A stretch of 38,393 nucleotides of DNA from a virus. Its lineage: Duplodnaviria; Caudoviricetes. Shown here in pieces: positions 34,106-38,393 of the stretch; position 1 is the stretch's first letter; each line of letters begins with the position of its first letter. The DNA is taken from the IMG/VR virus record IMGVR_UViG_3300032247_000374, positions 1 through 38,393 of that record; one strand, 5' to 3'. A program made the position numbers and the translations under genes. The notes below the pieces were generated by a model, which was not told where the DNA came from, searched no databases, and saw nothing but the letters and a program-made list of their open reading frames with translations.

Positions 34106-35845
34106 ATGGTCAATAAAGCAAGAGCGTCAGCGTTTGGTGCAGGATCAGTATCAGTATCCAAATTCTCACCAACTGTACCTATAGATACTCCTAAAGTATC
34201 TTCTATTGCATATGTTGGTGATGACACGGCAACGAATACTGCTGGTGGTGATACAATCACCGTTAATGGATCATCTTTTAAATCTGGTTGTTTTGTCTAT
34301 GTTGACCGATCACAAGCAAGTGTCGTATCTTTTATATCATCAACACAAATAACATTCGTTGCACCCGCAAAGAGTGCAGGAACTTATACACTATATGTCT
34401 ACAATCCAGATGGTGGTACTGCAATTTATCTTCCAGGTATTAGTTATTCTGGTACTCCCACTTGGATAAATGCTGCCGGTTCGATAGGTACTGCATATGA
34501 AACGGTAGAATTATCTTCTAATGTTTCTGTTCTTTCTGCGACAAGTAATTCAACTGTTAAGTATAGACTGTACAGTGGATCATTACCAACTAATGCATCA
34601 TTGAACACTAATACTGGTGTTATCAGTGGTGTCACCAACTCAGTTGCAGGAATAACGACATATACGTTTGTAATAGAAGCATACGACTTAGAGAATCAAG
34701 GTACACTTAGAACATTTTCTATCACACTTAATCCAGATATTGTCATATGGAATTCTCCATCAAATGAAGCTTCATATTCTACAAATATTAGTGTGCCCTT
34801 TTCTCTGTCACTGTCTGCATCTTCTATAACAGGCGATAGAAATATAACGTACACATCGAGCACATTACCAGCAGGATTAAGTATAACTGGGAATACTATA
34901 TCCGGTAATGCATCGGTGTTAGGAAATACGACAAGTTATATTACTGCAACATCGGCAACAACTTCTAAATCTTCAGTCAGAACTTTATTATTCAGCGTTG
35001 TTCCAAATATAATCTCATCGGTTGAATACTTGGTTGTTGCTGGTGGTGCTGGTGGTGGTGACGGTAGTTTTTATTATACTGCTGGTGGCGGAGGTGCTGG
35101 AGGATTATTAGCCGGCACATTACCTGTTTCTGAAGGCACTACATACGCAATTACAATTGGTGGCGGAGGGCCTCGAGCCACTAATGGATCCAACTCTACA
35201 TTCTCTTCAATAACAACAATTGGAGGTGGAGCAGGAGTAAATGCATTTGGCGGAAGTGCTGGGGGATCTGGTGGAGGCGGAGGATGCTGGTTCCAAGACA
35301 GTTATGCTAGTGGTCCCGGCGGCGCAGGTACTGTGGGTCCACCAAGACAAGGGTATAGTGGTGGAGCATCTGGCACACTAGGTGAAGGTCGAACAGCAGG
35401 TGGTGGTGGAGGAGCTGGCGGACCAGGCGGAACAGGGACAACACGAACGGTACCTGCCAACGGAGGAATAGGTGCCCAATCTAGTATCACTGGTGTATCA
35501 ACATATTATGCTGGCGGTGGAGCTGCGGGAGCAGGTGGATACGATACTGTACCATTTAGTCCGTTACCCTATCCAACCGGCGGCGCTGGTGGTGGTGGTA
35601 ATGGTGGACCTACTAACATAGACGGTACAACAAACACCGGTGGTGGCGGATCAGGAGGAACTGGTGACCAATACTATGCTCGCAATGGTGGTGTTGGAGG
35701 TTCTGGTATAGTTATACTTGCTTTTAATGCCTTTTATAATTCATTAACAATTTCTGCTGGATTAACATACATATTAGACACATCTAGTAGACCCGGATAC
35801 AAAGTGTACAAGTTCACGGCAGGTACTGGTACTGTTTCTTGGTAA
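34106..35845 (+). CDS. adhesin-like protein: IPT/TIG + Ig-like domains + Gly-rich domain
   Basis: 579 aa; GGDTITVNGSSF..ITFVAPAK.AG.Y...VYNPDG (IPT), SGSLP....LN..TGVISG (He_PIG), VEYLVVAGG..YYAGGG..NTGGGG..GGSGIVIL (Gly-rich). Confidence 0.85.
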   Translation: MVNKARASAFGAGSVSVSKFSPTVPIDTPKVSSIAYVGDDTATNTAGGDTITVNGSSFKSGCFVYVDRSQASVVSFISSTQITFVAPAKSAGTYTLYVYNPDGGTAIYLPGISYSGTPTWINAAGSIGTAYETVELSSNVSVLSATSNSTVKYRLYSGSLPTNASLNTNTGVISGVTNSVAGITTYTFVIEAYDLENQGTLRTFSITLNPDIVIWNSPSNEASYSTNISVPFSLSLSASSITGDRNITYTSSTLPAGLSITGNTISGNASVLGNTTSYITATSATTSKSSVRTLLFSVVPNIISSVEYLVVAGGAGGGDGSFYYTAGGGGAGGLLAGTLPVSEGTTYAITIGGGGPRATNGSNSTFSSITTIGGGAGVNAFGGSAGGSGGGGGCWFQDSYASGPGGAGTVGPPRQGYSGGASGTLGEGRTAGGGGGAGGPGGTGTTRTVPANGGIGAQSSITGVSTYYAGGGAAGAGGYDTVPFSPLPYPTGGAGGGGNGGPTNIDGTTNTGGGGSGGTGDQYYARNGGVGGSGIVILAFNAFYNSLTISAGLTYILDTSSRPGYKVYKFTAGTGTVSW

Positions 35846-35847
35846 AG

Positions 35848-35855
35848 TATAAATA
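35848..35855 (+). promoter_or_regulatory. T4 late promoter (TATAAATA)
   Basis: Exact consensus in the 34-nt intergenic gap before ATG 35880. Confidence 0.8.
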
Positions 35856-35879
35856 TTAGCAAAAAGGCGACTAGTCACT

Positions 35880-38393
35880 ATGGTAAGTAAGATTAAAGAA
35901 AAGTCGATTGCTAATAATGCAATCACAACATCAAAATTATCAGCAGAAGTTGTAGCCGTTACCGGCATAAAAGTATCTTCTATTGTATATCTGAATGATG
36001 ACACTGCTGCTAACACTTTAGGTGGTGATGTAATTACAGTCAATGGTTCTGGATTCTCTCCAACCACTACCGTATATGTTGACAGAACTCAAGCGGGTGT
36101 TGTTACTTATCTTTCAAACAATCAGATAACTTTCAGTTCACCTGCAAAGACTGCTGGTTCTTATATTCTTTATCTCTACAATGCTGATGGTGGATCTGCT
36201 GCATATATTCCTGGCATCAATTACTCTGGTGTTCCTGCATGGTCAACTGCATCAGGTTCTATTGGCACAACATATGAATTCACAAGTTTTACGGGTAACG
36301 TTTCCACACTTTCTGCAACATCAGATTCTACAGTTTACTATCTTTTAAATTCAGGTACATTACCACCAGGCTCAACTCTGAATGCAAACACTGGTGTTAT
36401 CTCAGGTAACACTAGTGTCATTAATTCACAGACAACATATAATTTTACTATTGAAGCAAAAGATCAAGAGAATCAGGGAACACTTAGAAACTTCTCTATC
36501 ACTATTAATCCAGATGTTGTCACTTGGAATTCACCTGCAAATGGTGCAACGATTAATGTTAGTGTTGGTACAGCAGCATCTCAATCATTAAATGCTTCAA
36601 GTGCTGGTGGTCAATCTATAACATATACAGCAAATACACTACCAACTGGACTCAGCATAAGTGGCAATACTGTTACGGGTACACCAACAGTAGTTCAATC
36701 AATAACTAGTTTAATAACTGCAACTGCTGCGTTAACAAATAGAACTGCAACAAGAATATTAAATTGGATTGTTGCGCTTGCAAATGATTTAAATTTTCCA
36801 TATGTTTCAACACTATTGAAAACTAGTGCATCATCTACTCGCAGTACGACAGTAGTTGACTCAAGTACTAATGCTTTTACAGTAACACGAAACGGAGCAC
36901 CTAGCACTGGTTGGACTTCTCCATATCAAACTGATGGATATTGGGGTAATTATTTTAATGGCAGTACAGATTATTTAACGACTCCGGCAAATGCTGCTTT
37001 TGCTTTTGGTACTGGTGATTTTACAGTTGAATCGTGGGTTTACACTACTGCTAGAATTGGTTCTGGTAATTATGGTTCCCAAATTGCAGGATGTAACATT
37101 TTTGGCACAAGTGCAGATTGGATTTTTAATATAAGTCCTACTGGAAATTTGTTTTTTCAAATAGGTTCTTCTCCTACTGGCGCAATACTTTCATCTTCTA
37201 CAGTTCCGTTGAATACATGGACTCATATTGCAGCGGTTCGTTCTAGTGGTGTGGTCACTCTTTATATAAACGGGACAAATGCAGGAGGTTCTGGTTCTTA
37301 TACATCATCAGTGACTAACGCTTCTACGCCTTTTAGTATCGGCGGCGCTTCTAATGGTTCTGCAAACAGTTTGTTGCAAGGTTACATATCTAATCTTCGT
37401 ATCGTAAAAGGTACAGCAGTGTACACAGGCGCATTCACGCCCAGCACGACTCCACTCACGGCGATTACCAACACTTCTTTACTCACCTGCCAAAGCAACA
37501 GGTTCAAAGACAACAGTACCAACTCTCTTACATTTACATCAAATGGTACACCACAGGTAACGCCTTACTACTATCCCAGCACGTTTACTGCGCCCGCTGC
37601 TAGTCCTGGTGCTGGGTATTTTAATGGAACATCAGATTATTTGACTGGTGCAGCGAATGCGGCCCTAGCAGTTGGCACTGGGCAATTCACAATCGAAATG
37701 TGGATTTATTTTAATAGCCTAGCGTCAGCTCCAAATGAAATATTTACAACTAGCACTGATGTGACTAGCGGGAAGTTAGTTATATATTATGCGTCAAACA
37801 GTTTGCAAGTTGTTGCATCTGGTGGCGCCGGAGGGACGTCCGCAAGTTTTACTCCAACAACGGGGCAGTGGTATCACATTGCTGCATCAAGGGATGCTTC
37901 AAACAACCAAAGACTATTTGTAAATGGGGCCTTGTTAGCGACTGCAACTTCAACAAATAATTATTTACAAAACGGATTTGCTCTTGGGCGCAGTGGAGGT
38001 GGGGCTGGGGCCAACTACACAAATGGATATATATCAAACTTACGTTTGGTTGTTGGCACAGCCGTCTATACCGCTGCTTTTACACCTCCAACATCACCAG
38101 TAACAGCAATCTCTGGCACTCAACTCCTGCTCAACCTCGCAGACAGCAACTATACTAGCGCGACGAACGGGGTCCAGAACAACACGTTCATTGACAGCAG
38201 CAACTACGCCTTCCCGATCACTAGGAACGGAACCGCCACGCAGGGTTCTGTCACTCCGTATTGGCCTAATGGGTATTGGAGTAATTACTTTGATGGGTCA
38301 AGTTATATAACCGCGCCCAACAATGTTGCTTTTGCTTTTGGTACTGGAAATTTTACAATTGAAGCATGGGTTTATGTAACTAATTTTTCTTCA
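35880..38393 (+). CDS. adhesin-like protein: IPT/TIG + Ig-like + tandem LamG/ConA-like domains (truncated by window end)
   Basis: Absent from the ORF track (no stop in window). My translation: MVSKIKEKSIANNAITTSKL..GGDVITVNGSGF..; FGTGDFTVESWVY..NTWTHIAAVRSSGVVTLYING..GYISNLRIVKGTAVY, a second full LamG and the start of a third; open for 838 codons. Confidence 0.88.
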   Translation, partial: MVSKIKEKSIANNAITTSKLSAEVVAVTGIKVSSIVYLNDDTAANTLGGDVITVNGSGFSPTTTVYVDRTQAGVVTYLSNNQITFSSPAKTAGSYILYLYNADGGSAAYIPGINYSGVPAWSTASGSIGTTYEFTSFTGNVSTLSATSDSTVYYLLNSGTLPPGSTLNANTGVISGNTSVINSQTTYNFTIEAKDQENQGTLRNFSITINPDVVTWNSPANGATINVSVGTAASQSLNASSAGGQSITYTANTLPTGLSISGNTVTGTPTVVQSITSLITATAALTNRTATRILNWIVALANDLNFPYVSTLLKTSASSTRSTTVVDSSTNAFTVTRNGAPSTGWTSPYQTDGYWGNYFNGSTDYLTTPANAAFAFGTGDFTVESWVYTTARIGSGNYGSQIAGCNIFGTSADWIFNISPTGNLFFQIGSSPTGAILSSSTVPLNTWTHIAAVRSSGVVTLYINGTNAGGSGSYTSSVTNASTPFSIGGASNGSANSLLQGYISNLRIVKGTAVYTGAFTPSTTPLTAITNTSLLTCQSNRFKDNSTNSLTFTSNGTPQVTPYYYPSTFTAPAASPGAGYFNGTSDYLTGAANAALAVGTGQFTIEMWIYFNSLASAPNEIFTTSTDVTSGKLVIYYASNSLQVVASGGAGGTSASFTPTTGQWYHIAASRDASNNQRLFVNGALLATATSTNNYLQNGFALGRSGGGAGANYTNGYISNLRLVVGTAVYTAAFTPPTSPVTAISGTQLLLNLADSNYTSATNGVQNNTFIDSSNYAFPITRNGTATQGSVTPYWPNGYWSNYFDGSSYITAPNNVAFAFGTGNFTIEAWVYVTNFSS

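Noticed and set aside
32140-35710. GC-rich stretches as foreign islands or collagen-like repeats
   Set aside because: Explained by Gly/Pro/Ala codons of Gly-rich domains; no sustained Gly-X-Y periodicity.
697-38037. Other short minus-strand and alternate-frame ORFs in the track
   Set aside because: All overlap long + strand genes and mirror their repetitive codon bias.
31949-38393. Diversity-generating retroelement (TR/VR) acting on duplicated Gly-rich or LamG domains
   Set aside because: Differences between copies include many C/T synonymous changes and indels, not adenine-specific substitutions; no reverse transcriptase in the window. One elsewhere in the genome cannot be excluded.

Overview
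AT-rich, gene-dense window from a T4-like myophage (large-baseplate type resembling aquatic T4-like phages; host cannot be determined from this sequence). All credible genes are on the + strand. Order: end of an unknown ORF, baseplate wedge gp25-gp6-gp7, an inserted fibre-like gene, gp8, a VrlC/DUF4815-like baseplate protein apparently split into three genes, then about 22 kb of tail-fibre/adhesin genes (S74-chaperone fibre, Mtd-N coiled-coil protein, a 2902-aa Ig-repeat giant, Gly-rich and LamG adhesins), with T4 late-promoter motifs (NATAAATA) in intergenic gaps. The most unusual feature is the tripartite VrlC-like locus. Segments 1 and 2 leave the conserved scaffold at an identical 15-bp sequence (SSQGT) and end in an accessory domain: a PA14-like domain in segment 1, and an intact-looking 137-aa Hint (intein-like) domain (GGG|C...HN-Q) in segment 2. 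The stop codon of segment 1 sits at the apex of a perfect hairpin. Family assignments come from motif recognition only; no database search was run. No RNA genes, CRISPR arrays, reverse transcriptase or mobile-element enzymes were seen.
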